Source: Phoronis australis
Taxonomy: Eukaryota > Animalia > Phoronida
Direction: 5' to 3'
DNA length: 62,931 nucleotides
NCBI GenBank assembly: GCA_002633005.1
Contig: NMRA01001050.1
Coordinates: 1 to 62,931, forward strand
This document shows positions 51,158 to 62,931 of this stretch, piece after piece; position 1 is the stretch's first letter, and the number at the start of each line of letters is the position of its first letter. Both the position numbers and the translations under genes were made by a program. The notes under the pieces were generated by a model. That model was not told the origin of the DNA. It saw only the letters and a program-made list of their open reading frames with translations, and did no database searches.

Positions 51158-51307
51158 CAGTGGCGGATTTAGAGGGGGCCAAGGGGGCCATGGCCCCCCT
51201 AAAATTCTACCAGAGTACAGTTCGGGGGTGCGAAATGTCTGACTGGCATAATCCTGGCTAATACTCTGCCCTGGCCCCCTTAACTCAAAATCCTGGATCC
51301 GCCCATG
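51158..51307 (+). mobile_element. 150-bp MITE with CAGTGGCGGAT-type ends and 5-bp TSD ATCAT (hAT5-like)
   Basis: atcat|cagtggcggattt...ggatccgcccatg|atcat. Confidence 0.85.
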
Positions 51308-51519
51308 ATCATGTTCTCATAACCTTAATTCAATCATTCGGTTAGGTTAGGACTACCGTGTAGTGGTCGGTGGCCGAGCCACCGTGGCCGGAACCTAGGG
51401 CACCACTCACTGAGAGGCAGATCGCGGCCGAGCATCAAACGTGCGCTGCTGGTCCTTAAACTCGCAGCACTTGAGCTAGCGTAGGCCTCACTGCTGTTGC
51501 CGGGCTGAAATATAGCACT

Positions 51520-51632
51520 CACTATCAGATATCAAGTTTCAATCACACGCTATGAGTCGGTCAAGGAGGCTAAATATTTGGCGTCACCATCTCGTGATGA
51601 CCTCAAATGGTCATCCCACTTGAGCAACATCC
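51520..51632 (+). mobile_element. LINE (CR1/L2-type) reverse transcriptase C-terminal fragment
   Basis: Reads SVKEAKYL(G)VTIS..DDLKWSSHLSNI with frameshifts, resembling the KYLGV..DL.W..H motif. Confidence 0.6.
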
Positions 51633-51910
51633 GTTTTTAACGAAAATTAGTGGTTAAGGCATTTTGAAAATTCGCCATTATGTACAGGCCAGAGATGTTT
51701 AATACAGTTTATGGTCGGGTAATTACACTTAATTGGGTCTTGCTCGCATGGAGCAATGAGGTGATCACAACTGTACCCGACTCCGGCGCCGCGCTCTCTT
51801 TGATTCTGGTAAAAGCCACTCAGAAAGACGAGCGGTGAAAATTCGCGCATATCCTGAGAAATGTGTGACTTCCTTGTAAGCCTATTATTCACGGTATGGC
51901 CACGGTGAAC

Positions 51911-52791
51911 CAACACGGAGAGTAAGAATGGGCCTAGGACCCGCCTGTACACTGATCGGTAGCGAGGCGCTGCCTCAAGTAGCTAGGCCAAAAAAGCTGA
52001 GATTAAGTGTGAAAATACGAAATTCCCAATGAACTAAGCTACAGTTGCTGATGAGCTCAGCTGTGATTCACTTGAGACAGGCCGTGTGCGCTCGATCTTG
52101 GCGCAAGATTCGTTTTATTGTGATCCAGTTTCGGGAAAACTTTATTTTATTATGGTCATCCTTTGAAGGATTTTTTTTGAAAAGGCGAGTTCCCGACTAA
52201 GTCCTGGTCAGTATAGTGCCTATGGAGCAGTTTCAAAATGTCTAGTTGAAACACGACCGGTAGTCCAGTTTATTGTGGCTGAGGAAAAGGATAGTGTGTC
52301 CCGAAAAATACTTCCTGAACGCCAGGAGTTCAAATTCTGTTCCCGTGGATCACTTAGATGTGCGGGGGCCTACTGCAGGGTTACATCTTATTTTTAACGT
52401 GGATACGTCAGTCATGACGTGCACGCGAATCAGGACGAGCAATCAATTCAGTTTTGGAGAACAAAATTTCATTGCTTAATACTACTGGAAACTAAAAACA
52501 CCAAGGAAGCGCAAAGACAATCTTTCCAAGCAATGAGTTGAATTTTATGTATTTAAGGACTTTTAAAACGTTTTTTTATCTACGGTTTGTGAGTGCGAAT
52601 TTCATCAATGTCTTTGAGAGTTATTTTAGATATTCAAAAATCGTCTATAAGTGTACTTTACTATTTGGGGATCGGATTATAGAGTTTTTCCAACTTCAGC
52701 CTGCAATTAAATTTACTGAAACATCATCAACAAGATTACAAGATTAGCTTCTAATTGTCAAAAATCATCTATGAATTTATCGATTTTCGTA
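51911..52791 (+). repeat. ~880-bp dispersed direct repeat, copy 1 (probable DNA-transposon end starting CACGGAGAG)
   Basis: Colinear and highly similar to 57576-58449, from caacacggagagtaagaatgggcctaggacc to gaatttatcgattttcgta. Confidence 0.9.
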
Positions 52792-52832
52792 AATACATAA
52801 ACAAGTAAATCAGAAACCAACAAATTTGTTTA

Positions 52833-54184
52833 TCAAAATGTAATGTTATAAGCAATTTCCGGGGGGAGTATGGGAGATGCGGGGGGCATTCGTATTGAAA
52901 TAATTAAATCATTTAACCAATAATTACATAGCAGATCTTCCACATCCTTTAGCAACAAGACTGGATGTGCCTCAAAGCGGTCACCGTTTTTTCCTGTAAG
53001 AAATTGTTGCTGAAAGCTTGAAACATGTTGTTTATCGACCGGCTTAACAAACATACCTTTCAAATACTGATCACTGTTACTTAACCCTGTTATTTCGTGA
53101 CTTACCTTAGCTGATATACCTTTGGCTACAAACAAATTGCCAAAGTATTCAAATCCTGCTTTTGAGATTGTTCCACAGTCTAACTGAACGGCATTGGCAA
53201 AATTGTGTTTGCGCAATAGCTGACGGGTATTATCAATTTGGCTTTTTGGTGCTATTACAGTGCTTGAAGTTGGATTAGAAATTCAGCTTTTGTCAACATT
53301 TCCGATAGAATTGTAGTTTTGAAGACAACTGAACAGATGGAAAATCAAAATCAGCTAACTCGCCCCTATTTAATGTGCGGGTAACAAACGTGTAGATTTC
53401 GTCTTTCTCACTGTCACTTATTTCATGAATTTCATCGGAATTGAACCCACCTCCATGAAGCCGACTATCATTGTCATTTTGAACATTATGTTTGTGAGTG
53501 TGCCTGAAAGGAAAGATGTTATTATTACAACCACAATCAAAGTATACCTATTCCTTGTCATCACATTTGTCTCCTGCATGTACACTGAAGTCCGTGTTGT
53601 TACCGAAGTCATTCGCATCTCCCAAGTTGCCATCATCACTGCCATCACTGCAGCCAATGTTGCTGTCTTCATTGGCCTTGTCATAGGTTTCAGTTAACAC
53701 TTCGAAGCCTGGGAGATAATTGGCCTGCTTGTTGCCATACGGCACAAGCGACTGTGCTGGGCAGTTAACAAAGGAGCCACGTGTTATGGCACGTTCAGAA
53801 CCCCTCACGTCTGGAAAAGTTGCTGAACGACAGAACGCCGTCATGTGTAGAAATTATCACAGTAACTTGCACTACAGGTCTATGTGAACATTCAGTTTTG
53901 CTCAAGTGAGGTTAGATTAGTTTCCAGAATGAGTTGCGAGTGGAGTGTAAGACCAAATTTCTGGCATAAATCTTGAAACCACCTGTTTTGATGGTTGAAA
54001 CAAACTTGGTGAAAGTCATACCAAGAAACTTCAAGTGTTTGCGTGTGTGCGAGCGTGTACTGGCAGAACAAGATGAGCCAGATAAAATAATCAACTTCTT
54101 TCCAAGTTTTCGGGTGCAGTTTTAACCATTAAATTTATTCCTTTGGACAACTTGCCGTAGCTTTGGACATTTTATCGGAGGCAT
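52833..54184 (-). pseudogene. Decayed, probably transposon-borne ORF ending in a Ulp1/SENP-like N-terminal motif
   Basis: Successive minus-strand ORF pieces (54184-53912, 53844-~53290, ~53280-52833) joined by stops and frameshifts, with an acidic linker, RLHGGG, and LLLKDVEDLLCNYWLNDLII. Confidence 0.45.
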
Positions 54185-54837
54185 GTCTCTGGACCAACGA
54201 GTAAGTTAATCAATCGTTTGTAATTTACGAAGTGCATTGCGCCCTCAGCATTCTAATGTATCAGACACGTTGCATCGTGTTTCAATTCCCTTATTATTCC
54301 GCCTTATATTTAACAAAATTAGGTTTTACATTTTAATTATAACCTCTCAATTTGTGTAATTACGTGATACACTATCTGTGAATCACTTATATTCAGTTAA
54401 CTACATGTCAATAAGTTGTGCGGTGTACGGCCAAGGCGTAATTGTAAAACAGACTATAGAGTTTATAGTGAAATCGTGATCCCAAGAACAAAATGTGGTT
54501 TCAAATAATCTTCCACTCTTTGAAGTGCCTTTTGATATTTATTTCCCTTTGGCAGGTTATTTGCCCTAAACAATTATTATACTATAGGTTATCATGACGT
54601 AAGAAGTTTAGATTGATTTGTAATGTAATTGAATCATAGATAAAGTTTAAGTATAATACTTTCCAGTATTAGACTCAAACTTGATAAAGCATTAATCTAT
54701 TCATCTAAACTCAATATTTTTTTCTTAATGTTCATTATTGAAAGCAATTATCATTTGAAATGACAAAACTGCAAAATTCAGTTTATATGAGTTCAGTACA
54801 CTTTTGCGATTTAAAAGCTGACAACGCTGCCAATTTC

Positions 54838-55633
54838 AAGTGCCAAATTCGGAACACGACGCATTCGTAACGGAACTATGGCTTAGTAGGCTCTCCCGCG
54901 ATATCCCAGGCGACCGGCAGTGGCGCTGCACACTACTACTCCGTTTCCGTCGTCTGCTCCACTGTGCAATGAAGAAAATTTACTTCATTTTTTAAAGAAA
55001 ATGGAACCTGAGTGACGATGAAAAAACAGAAGCTGCTGGTAAGATGTGAATTTTAATCGAAGCCTTAGTGAATCACTCAGAAACTCGCAATACTCTCTTT
55101 GTCAAACCTTATCATAAGACGATTTCCAAAGCAATCCCGTCATTATTGCCAACACGAAAAACGGATTTGGTCTTTTGGGCATTTGAAGACTATTTTAAAT
55201 ACGACAAATTTGTTAAGAATTGATGGCACAAAATATAAAACGTGTAATAAGCATTACAAAAAGAAATAGGTTTCGCGCACAAACTGTGGACCATAAACAA
55301 GTAGGTCACTTAGTAATTAAGTAAGTAATTAAATCGCGATGGCGTAGTGGTAACGCACGCGGGTTATATCCGCCAGGTCGTGAGTTCGAGTCTTTGGTAC
55401 TTGTATTTTTTCCTGTTTGACACGTTCTTTTTTTGCCTTATTTTCTTGGATAATACTTCAGGAATCAAGGAGAATGCTTGATTTTTAGAGGGAGGGGGGG
55501 GGGGGCAAACCCCCCCTCCCGACCTCCCCCCATTCGGTGTTATGCGCATCTACAATCGTGGTTCAGTTTGCGCAAATGCTTACAACCGGACAAAATGTTG
55601 GGCCCCCCTTGTGATATCCTAGATCCGCCACTG
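54838..55633 (-). mobile_element. End of a larger CAGTGGCGGATC-terminated (hAT-like) element, copy A
   Basis: Reverse complement of 62183-62931; terminus gatccgccactg at 55633. Confidence 0.85.
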
Positions 55634-55724
55634 ATTGTAACGCTCTGGGGCAACTCGATAAGGGGCGTCAAAGGATTCTTAAAAGCGAGTACCTCCTGCG
55701 CCTTGAAATTCATGTATGCTTTAA

Positions 55725-56118
55725 TTATTCAACGAGCACTTTTGCTTAATCAACGCGTAGCATTATAATTAGTCATTGAAGCCGTCGAGGCGGTTCAACG
55801 AATAACTTCAGGTTCTTAACTTGTTCAATGCACATAATTGTTCACTCAAAGCGTGCTTCTGCTTATTCAACTCTTACTTTCAATCATTTTATATAAAGTC
55901 CCATGCAGGTCCGTGCTATCAAATCTCAAAATGGTGGAAAACTTTCAACATGCGTCCAAGACCAGTTACGAGGATTGTTCAAGCGAGCTGGTTAACTTTG
56001 TGCTCATTGTAACTAATTGTCTTTGACGGCGTTACGAATAACTAATTCAGCGCGTTGAATAAGTAATGTATATATATATATATCACGGACTCGATTAAGC
56101 AAAAGTGCTCGTTGAATA
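55725..56118. repeat. Inverted-repeat element with internal ttattcaacgc sub-repeats
   Basis: ttattcaacgagcacttttgcttaatc pairs with gattaagcaaaagtgctcgttgaataa. A related piece lies at 58451-58500. Confidence 0.6.
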
Positions 56119-56213
56119 ACTTTAGAGCCAGAAAGAAAATTGTTTAATAACTTATTCACCGCGTTCAATAACTAATTTAGCGCACTCATTAATTAAGTAA
56201 TACTATGCTTTCA

Positions 56214-56660
56214 TTAAAATGATACCAAACCCTGTTTTGGTGATTTCCACCAAATCCTCATTCCGTCACTTACTAATGTATCATTGGCGTGAATCGTCAA
56301 AATTAAAAGCAGGAATCAAGTAAAAAGTCCCCCTTTCTCATAGATTGGGCTTGGTGGTCCTACGTGGGTGGTCTTTTGTGGTGCTACGTGGGTGGTCTTT
56401 TGTGGTCCTACGTGGGTGGTATTTTCCCCGCAGTTGCCATGTTATTTGGTAAAAGCGTAGGCAACGTCTCGCTGGTTCCCTGCGTGCCGTTAGTTGGTAG
56501 CCAGCACGCTGGCTAGCGGCACGCAGGGAACCAGGGAGAGGCAACGCTTGCCCGTTTAGCAGACTCGAGAAAGGAGTTTTCAAATTTTCTTCCAAACCTT
56601 TGAAGGTTCAGTCGAGGGTTACATCACATTACTTTGTAACTGGATGGGAAAGTCGTTTTT
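56214..56660 (+). mobile_element. TTAA-family copy with an internal 24-bp triplication and a nested 73-bp hairpin insertion
   Basis: Colinear with 46749-47106, with extra sequence at 56352-56420 and 56467-56539. Confidence 0.75.
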
Positions 56661-57373
56661 TTAATATGCTGAGTCCAAAACCGGGCAATTAGGCATGGTG
56701 AATGAACACATTTCAACGCGCAGAAAGATACCATTTGGGCTTCGCCACTTGACACACGACGTGTGACAGCTTACCACACCGTATCGAGGGTTACTTGTTC
56801 TAGGATAAGTTGCACCAGTAGTAGTCGCACTGTGACTGCATACCTGCAGACAAGGCAGAACTAATGTTGCACACACGGGGGCGTCTGTGCAGTGTGGAGG
56901 CTCAAGGGCATTGTGTTCTATCTAGGATAACTGGCATTGAGGACGCAAACCTGAACACAAGAATGTTGTGCACCTGTGCGCAGCCGCTTGCTCAGTTGCA
57001 AACATTGGGGTATCAAATCATCTTTGCTCCGTATTGTCTCAAAGTGTGCAGTGTGGACGGCAGACTCTCGGCCGACGTGTTCCCGGATAACTCGCTGTGT
57101 GCACTTGACTATACTCCAGGCCCGTAGGAAGGCAAAAGTGAGTGTGGAGTGTGAGGGGNNNNNNNNNNNNNNNNNNNNNNNNNNNNNNNNNNNNNNNNNN
57201 NNNNNNNNNNNNNNNNNNNNNNNNNNNNNNNNNNNNNNNNNNNNNNNNNNNNNNNNNNNNNNNNNNNNNNNNNNNNNNNNNNNNNNNNNNNNNNNNNNNN
57301 NNNNNNNNNNNNNNNNNNNNNNNNNNNNNNNNNNNNNNNNNNNNNNNNNNNNNNNNGCCCTAGGTAGGGAGCA

Positions 57374-57529
57374 TAGTGGCGGATTAAGGGGTCGCCAACG
57401 GGCCGTGGCCCCCTAAAATTCTCCCAGCATCCATTTGGCAGTTCGGGGTGCGAATTTTTGACGGGTATAACCCTGACTAATACCCTGCTCTGCCCCCACT
57501 TCCAAAAAAAAATCTTGGACCCACCCCTG
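57374..57529 (+). mobile_element. Diverged copy of the 150-bp hAT5-like MITE
   Basis: tagtggcggatt...aaaatcttggacccacccctg; TSD imperfect. Confidence 0.75.
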
Positions 57530-57575
57530 GGACAATCCCGATGATGAAGCCATCGAGGGTTGAGAAACCGCTAAA

Positions 57576-58449
57576 CAACACGGAGAGTAAGAATGGGCCT
57601 AGGACCAGTACACTAACCGGTAGCTGCCTCAAGCAGCTATAGCTGAGATCTAACGGTGTGAAAATACGAAATTCCCGATGAACTAAACTAGTTGCTGGTC
57701 AGCTCAACTATGATTCACTTGAGACAGGCAGCTCGTACCGGCCGTCTGCGCTCGCTCTAAGATCAAGGTTATTGTGATCCAGTTTCGGGAAAACTTTATT
57801 TTATTATGGTCATTCTTTGAAGGAATGTTTTTGAAAAGGCGAAGTCCCGAAGTCCCTGGAATAGTACCTTTGGGGCTATTTCAAAGTGCCTAGTTGAAAC
57901 ACGACCGGTACGAGTCTAGTTTCTGGTGGCTGGGGAAAAGGATAGTGTGAACCAAAAATGTACACACTTCCTGAACGCCTCGAGTTCAAATTCAGTTCCC
58001 GTGGATCACTTAGAACTGCGGGGGCCTACTGCATGATTACATCTAATTTTTAACGTGGATACGTCAGTCATGACGTGCACGCGAATCAGGACAAGCAATC
58101 AATTCAGTTTTGAAGAACAAAATTTCATTGCTCAATGCTACTGGAAACTAAAAACACCAAGGAAGTGCAAAGACAACCTTTCCAAGGAATGAGTTTAATT
58201 TTATTTATTTAAGAATTTTTAAAAAGTTTTTTTTCTATCTACGGTTTGTGATTCCGAATTTCATCAAATGTCTTTGAGAGTTATTTTAGATATGCAAAAA
58301 TCGTCTATAAGTGTACTTTACTGTTTTGGGGATCGGGTTATAGAGTTTTCCAACTTCAGGCTGCGATTAAATTCACTGAAACATCATCAATTCTTACGAG
58401 ATTGGCTTCTAATTGTCAAAAATCATCTATGAATTTATCGATTTTCGTA
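57576..58449 (+). repeat. ~880-bp dispersed direct repeat, copy 2
   Basis: See 51911-52791. Confidence 0.9.
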
Positions 58450-59923
58450 GTTTTGCTTAATCAACACGTAGGTTTGCTTAATCAACGCGTCGACTTATTC
58501 TTAAGGAGGCCGTAACATCGCCAAATGACTGAAAATGTTAAATAAATGCATTATTGGCCAGCACAAGTGTGCCACCTCTTCGTTTATTCCTGACATTATC
58601 TACGCTAACTACTATCGTACGACCCCATCAGGAATCCCATTTAGTGCCGAAAAAATTTTTAGGTGGCGCTCGTACTAATTGACGCAAATGACGTCAACTT
58701 TGTAACGCGACACGTGCAGTCCTTTGTCAAAAGAAAACTTGCCATATGGTGACGGGTGCGTATTTCAAGTATCACAATTTCCAATTTACCTCTACTAGAG
58801 ACAATAAAGTTGTTTAATTAAATATAGCGACATAGATCTCGACACTTCCACTTGCATCCTACGGAGTTGCGGAGCCACGATAGCGTGGCGTTTTCGAAGT
58901 CAGTTGCGTGGTGCGTCTTTTAAGTCAGTAGCGCGGTCCCGACCGGGGCCATTTACTCAATCCAACATCAAGGGCGCATTCACAAAAACATCGGGGTCTA
59001 GTGAACCAACTAAAGAACATGGTTCCTGCGTCAGTGAGGTGCGGGACAGGTTAGCACTCAATATAGATTCATCGTACTGACAGTGACACTTTTGGCGGAG
59101 TGCATGTACAAACTAGAGAACTAATCTGTCTAGCCGCTCCGTGACAATTATGGGTTAAGTAGTGGCGTAAGGCGGTACGTGTTAAACATCTTATGAACGA
59201 ATGGCTCATGCACAGCATGACAAAAAAACAAGAAAGGGGCAAGTCCTTTTCGCACCTGGGTCAAAAAAATCCTAATACGCTACTGCAGAAGCTTATATTC
59301 TGGCTATGATGTGCTTTTCTTCTTCTACATGTACATCTTGCATGTAGTTCGTAATGTCATAAATGTTGCCCCTCTCTCATTCAATCACCGTATGAAATCT
59401 CATCTATTCAGGACACAATATGGCGGACAACAAAATGTTTTTGGGTTAAATATATCTCAAGTAGCACAAGATAAGAGACGTATTATGAGACACCGCAGCT
59501 ACCACCAATTAATGTTTTGAGGATTGGTGGCATTCAAAACAATACCAGAATGGCGTGAAAGACGTGAAAAATTAGTTAATTTCACCTTTCACCGTTGTCC
59601 GAAATTGGTGAGATTATGCCTCACTTATTTAAAAATTCTGTTTTTCAGTTTGATAGTCATAATTAACCATTAGGGATTTTTCACGTTTAACTTTGCTTTT
59701 TACATTATTTTTTCAAACTGAAATCTATACATCTGAATACTCTATTGCCACACCCACTTCCCAAGAGTGTAACAGCTTAGACAACCCGGACAGTATTAGT
59801 TTGATTCAGGAATGTATCCCTGTTTGACTATTGCTAAATAACGTAGAAAATAAATCTGAAACTAAATAAGGCGATCCACATCCTCCCAAGGATACTATTG
59901 TTTCACGAAATGTAGAATATAAT

Positions 59924-60133
59924 TAGGTAAATAAAATAACAAGAATGGATCAACTGAAATTTTCGGATGTAATAACGTCCTTTATCAACAGAAACAGAAA
60001 TAAAGTAAAATCAAACACCATATGTCAATTGTCATATAGTGTTTGATTTTACTTGATTTCTGTTTCTGTTGACAAAGGACGTTATTACATCCGAAAATTT
60101 CAGTTGATCCATTCTTGTTGTTTTATTTACCTA
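59924..60133. repeat. 210-bp near-perfect spacerless palindrome
   Basis: Two 105-bp arms centred on caattg (60026-60031), about 5 mismatches by eye. Confidence 0.93.
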
Positions 60134-60431
60134 TTCATATGACTATTGTTAGAAAGTCATTGTGAGTTTAATTTAAAAGGTACTATGCTATATGCTTGTG
60201 CATGGAAGGAGAGAGAATGGTTAAATCCTGTAATTAATTTATTATACAATAACCACTAATTAATAAATGCAAAACCTGTTGTTAAATACGTACACTAACA
60301 ATGGACAAGAGTAACTACGCTAGCACCCTCTGTAAGATAACTTCAATAAATTAACCATAAACAATCAAACATCTTATCAGCTATCCAGTCTATAGGACTC
60401 GATACTCGTACTTGGACAGTCCTGTTGGTTG

Positions 60432-60588
60432 CAGCGGCGGATTTAGAGGGGGCCAAGGGGGCCATGGCCCCCCCTAAGATTCTCCCAGATTCCATTGGGC
60501 AATTCGGGAGTGCCAATGTCTGACGGGAAAAATCCTGGCTAATACCCTGCCCTGCCCCCCCTAACTCAAAATCCTGGATCCGTTCCTG
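60432..60588 (+). mobile_element. ~157-bp hAT5-like MITE with 5-bp TSD GGTTG
   Basis: ggttg|cagcggcggattt...ggatccgttcctg|ggttg. Confidence 0.85.
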
Positions 60589-60779
60589 GGTTGACCCTAG
60601 CACTAACACACAGAGAATTAGTTTGATCACAGCATGAAATCTTTCTGTCCCCAGAGTTTTAATAGGGCCCTGGAAGCTGCACCTCTGCATGTTGCCTCTG
60701 TCGTTGGTGACAAGGATGACGGTCTGTGGTTTCAACCAGAGTTTTTCTTTGAAGTAATGACGTACCCAGTAAAAAGAAA

Positions 60780-61060
60780 ACTATAAGAAGCCACAAATTC
60801 CATCAATGTTCATGCATGAACGGGCAACTCGGAAAGGCAATAAATGCTACATCTATGTTACGTTGAAAGCACAACAAGTTTCCCTCTAAGAAAAACTTGG
60901 AAATTGTTAGACAACAACGAAATCTGGTAACAGACTTCAACGCAAATCCACGAAACATTATTTTCAAACTAGCTTTGTTCTAAGCAATAACCCAAGAACT
61001 CTTTTGTGAGCTGTAAAGCTTTACATAAGGAACGTTAGAAAAGATACAGAAGATAAAATA
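60780..61060 (+). mobile_element. Possible decayed LINE ORF2 fragment
   Basis: Frameshifted reading RQQRNLVT..RKSTKHYF resembles the CR1/L2 inter-domain region; weak. Confidence 0.3.
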
Positions 61061-62182
61061 AGAGTGGATCGGCGTGTTGTCACTCTCCCTGATGAAATTG
61101 CAAACACCTTTGCATCCCATTTCTCAAGNTCAACATCATCTAAAAGTACATCTACAGACAAACAAGTTTAACTGCATGGTTTTTAAAAGAACAAATGTAA
61201 AAACGTTAGGCAACTTCAATGGAACTAACTCTACTAGTTACTCAATATTTATTCTGAAAAATATAAATGTGCAAACTCTAACGAGGTCCTCTCAGAATGT
61301 GTCGTGTTTGAGGTAAGACAAGAGAACAATGTTTGCACAATGCACAGTCATCCAAAGCAACGTGAATGATGACCGTGACTTTATACACAGAACCGCCTAT
61401 AGCTGGCCCCAGTAGAGACGGCAGACGGAAAGTTTTCGGCGAATTATGCTTCAGACTGATTAAAACACCAAAGTCAGGCTGTTATAGTTACCTTTTGCGC
61501 ATAGAAGGACTCCTTAACAGCCCGTCAAGGCTTTTAGTTTCTTTCAACTCGAGCAGTACAGTCTTCTGTTCAGTTGCCCAAATCGGCGGGCGCTCCTGGC
61601 GGACTCGGTAAAAATTGCTCCAAGAGCCGTCTCCACCAGCTAGAGACGGTGGTCTACGTAACTATTGAATGTAGGCTTATTACTTGGCGAAATTCTATAG
61701 AATAGTGTGTTGGTCTGACACTAAGTTGCCTTTTTGTTTGTTCGCACTCAACAGGTCGCAATTTTCGTCCCACTCATCTCCACGAAATTTTTACACAACC
61801 CGTAGGTCCCAAAGTACTAGAAGCCTATGGGGGCACCCTACAGTTATTACACTAGGCTTTTGGCTGCCGACGCACACCGAAGTAGAGATGGGTCCCTTTC
61901 CTCACGTTATACTCGAGTCTGAAAAAAACAAAGGGTTTTGTAGCATTCCCAACTCACAAGCACTACTCATGATAACTGAAACTTAATTACGCTACAGATT
62001 TTTAATCGGTTCATTCACATCGGAAAAAATCCCGGCACATAAAAATATTAACAAAAAATAACAAACTTGACAGTTTTCTCCCCAAATTACCACTTCCCTG
62101 CAAGTGCTAGGAAAATCCGACTACAGACTTCGAGAATGCGCGTACTCTATAGATTCTAATAATGAGGTCATAGTATGGCCCG

Positions 62183-62931
62183 CAGTGGCGGATCTAGGGT
62201 ATCACAAGGGGGGGCAACATTTTGTCTGTAAACGATTGTAGATGTGCATAGCACCGAATGGGGGGAGGTCGAAGGGGGGTTTGCCCCCCCTCCCGACCAC
62301 GAAATTTTTCTGTTTTTTCCTCTAAAAATCAAGCATTTTCCTTGATTCCCGAAGTATTATCCAAGAAAAAAGGCAAAATGCTGAAGTACCACGGATTCGA
62401 GCTCACGATCTTACTAGTAGTGCGCGCGAGCTTTACCCCTGCACCACCACGATTAACTGTTACATTGACACTATGAGACCTACTTATTTATGATCCACAG
62501 CGTTTGCGCGCGAAAACTCTTTTTTGTAATGCTTATTACATGTTTTTTGTGCAATCATTTCGTAAAAAAAATGTTGTATTTAAAATAGTCTTCAATTGCC
62601 CAAAAGATCAAATCCGTTTTTTGTGTTGGCAATAATGAAGCGATTGCTTTGGAAATCGTCTTTTACATGTAAGTTAAGGTTTGACAAAGAAAGAATTATG
62701 AGTTTCTGAGTGATTCACTAAAGCTTCGATTAAAATTGACATCTTACCAACAGCTTCTGTTTTTTCACGATCACTCAAATTCCAGTTTTTTTAAAAAATG
62801 CACAGTAGAGCAGACGACAGAAATGGAGTCGTAGTGCCCAGCGCCACTGCCGGTCGCCTGAGATATCGCGGGAGAGCCTATACTTAGCCATAGTTCCGTT
62901 ACGATTGTGCCGTGTTCCGAATTTGACACTT
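62183..62931 (+). mobile_element. End of the larger hAT-like element, copy B (continues past the right edge)
   Basis: Begins cagtggcggatctagg; inverted match to 54838-55633 up to the window end. Confidence 0.85.

Noticed and set aside
51911-58449. LTR retrotransposon interpretation of the 880-bp direct repeats
   Set aside because: No TG...CA ends, PBS/PPT, TSD or gag/pol remnants were seen.
54838-62931. One giant element (composite or Polinton-like) bounded by ~750-bp TIRs
   Set aside because: The CAGTGGCGG termini lie on the inner sides (55633 and 62183), so these are two oppositely oriented copies; no polB or integrase lies between them.

Overview
Eukaryotic, intron-rich genomic DNA from an invertebrate animal. 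The repeat content suggests a mollusc or other lophotrochozoan, but that is inference. Three spliced genes can be rebuilt exon by exon with consistent phases. (1) The 5' part of NUB1 on the minus strand, running off the left edge. (2) A nearly complete YTHDC2 (R3H, DEVH helicase with ankyrin insert, HA2/OB, YTH) on the plus strand, head-to-head with NUB1; two coding segments are missing at assembly gaps. (3) A complete 3-exon NUDT19 (399 aa) on the minus strand. The rest is transposon-derived: a Helentron/HINE-type element with an array of CTCF-like motifs, an inverted Penelope-like GIY-YIG pair with decayed hammerhead-like motifs, CAG-ended MITEs with 5-bp TSDs, a larger relative next to a decayed Ulp1-like ORF, TTAA-flanked elements, palindromes and minisatellites. 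The most striking pattern is that tandem repeats recur exactly on exon-intron junctions, and the duplicated splice sites are often mutated in the extra copies. No CRISPR array, rRNA or convincing tRNA gene was seen. All calls were made by eye; no searches were run.
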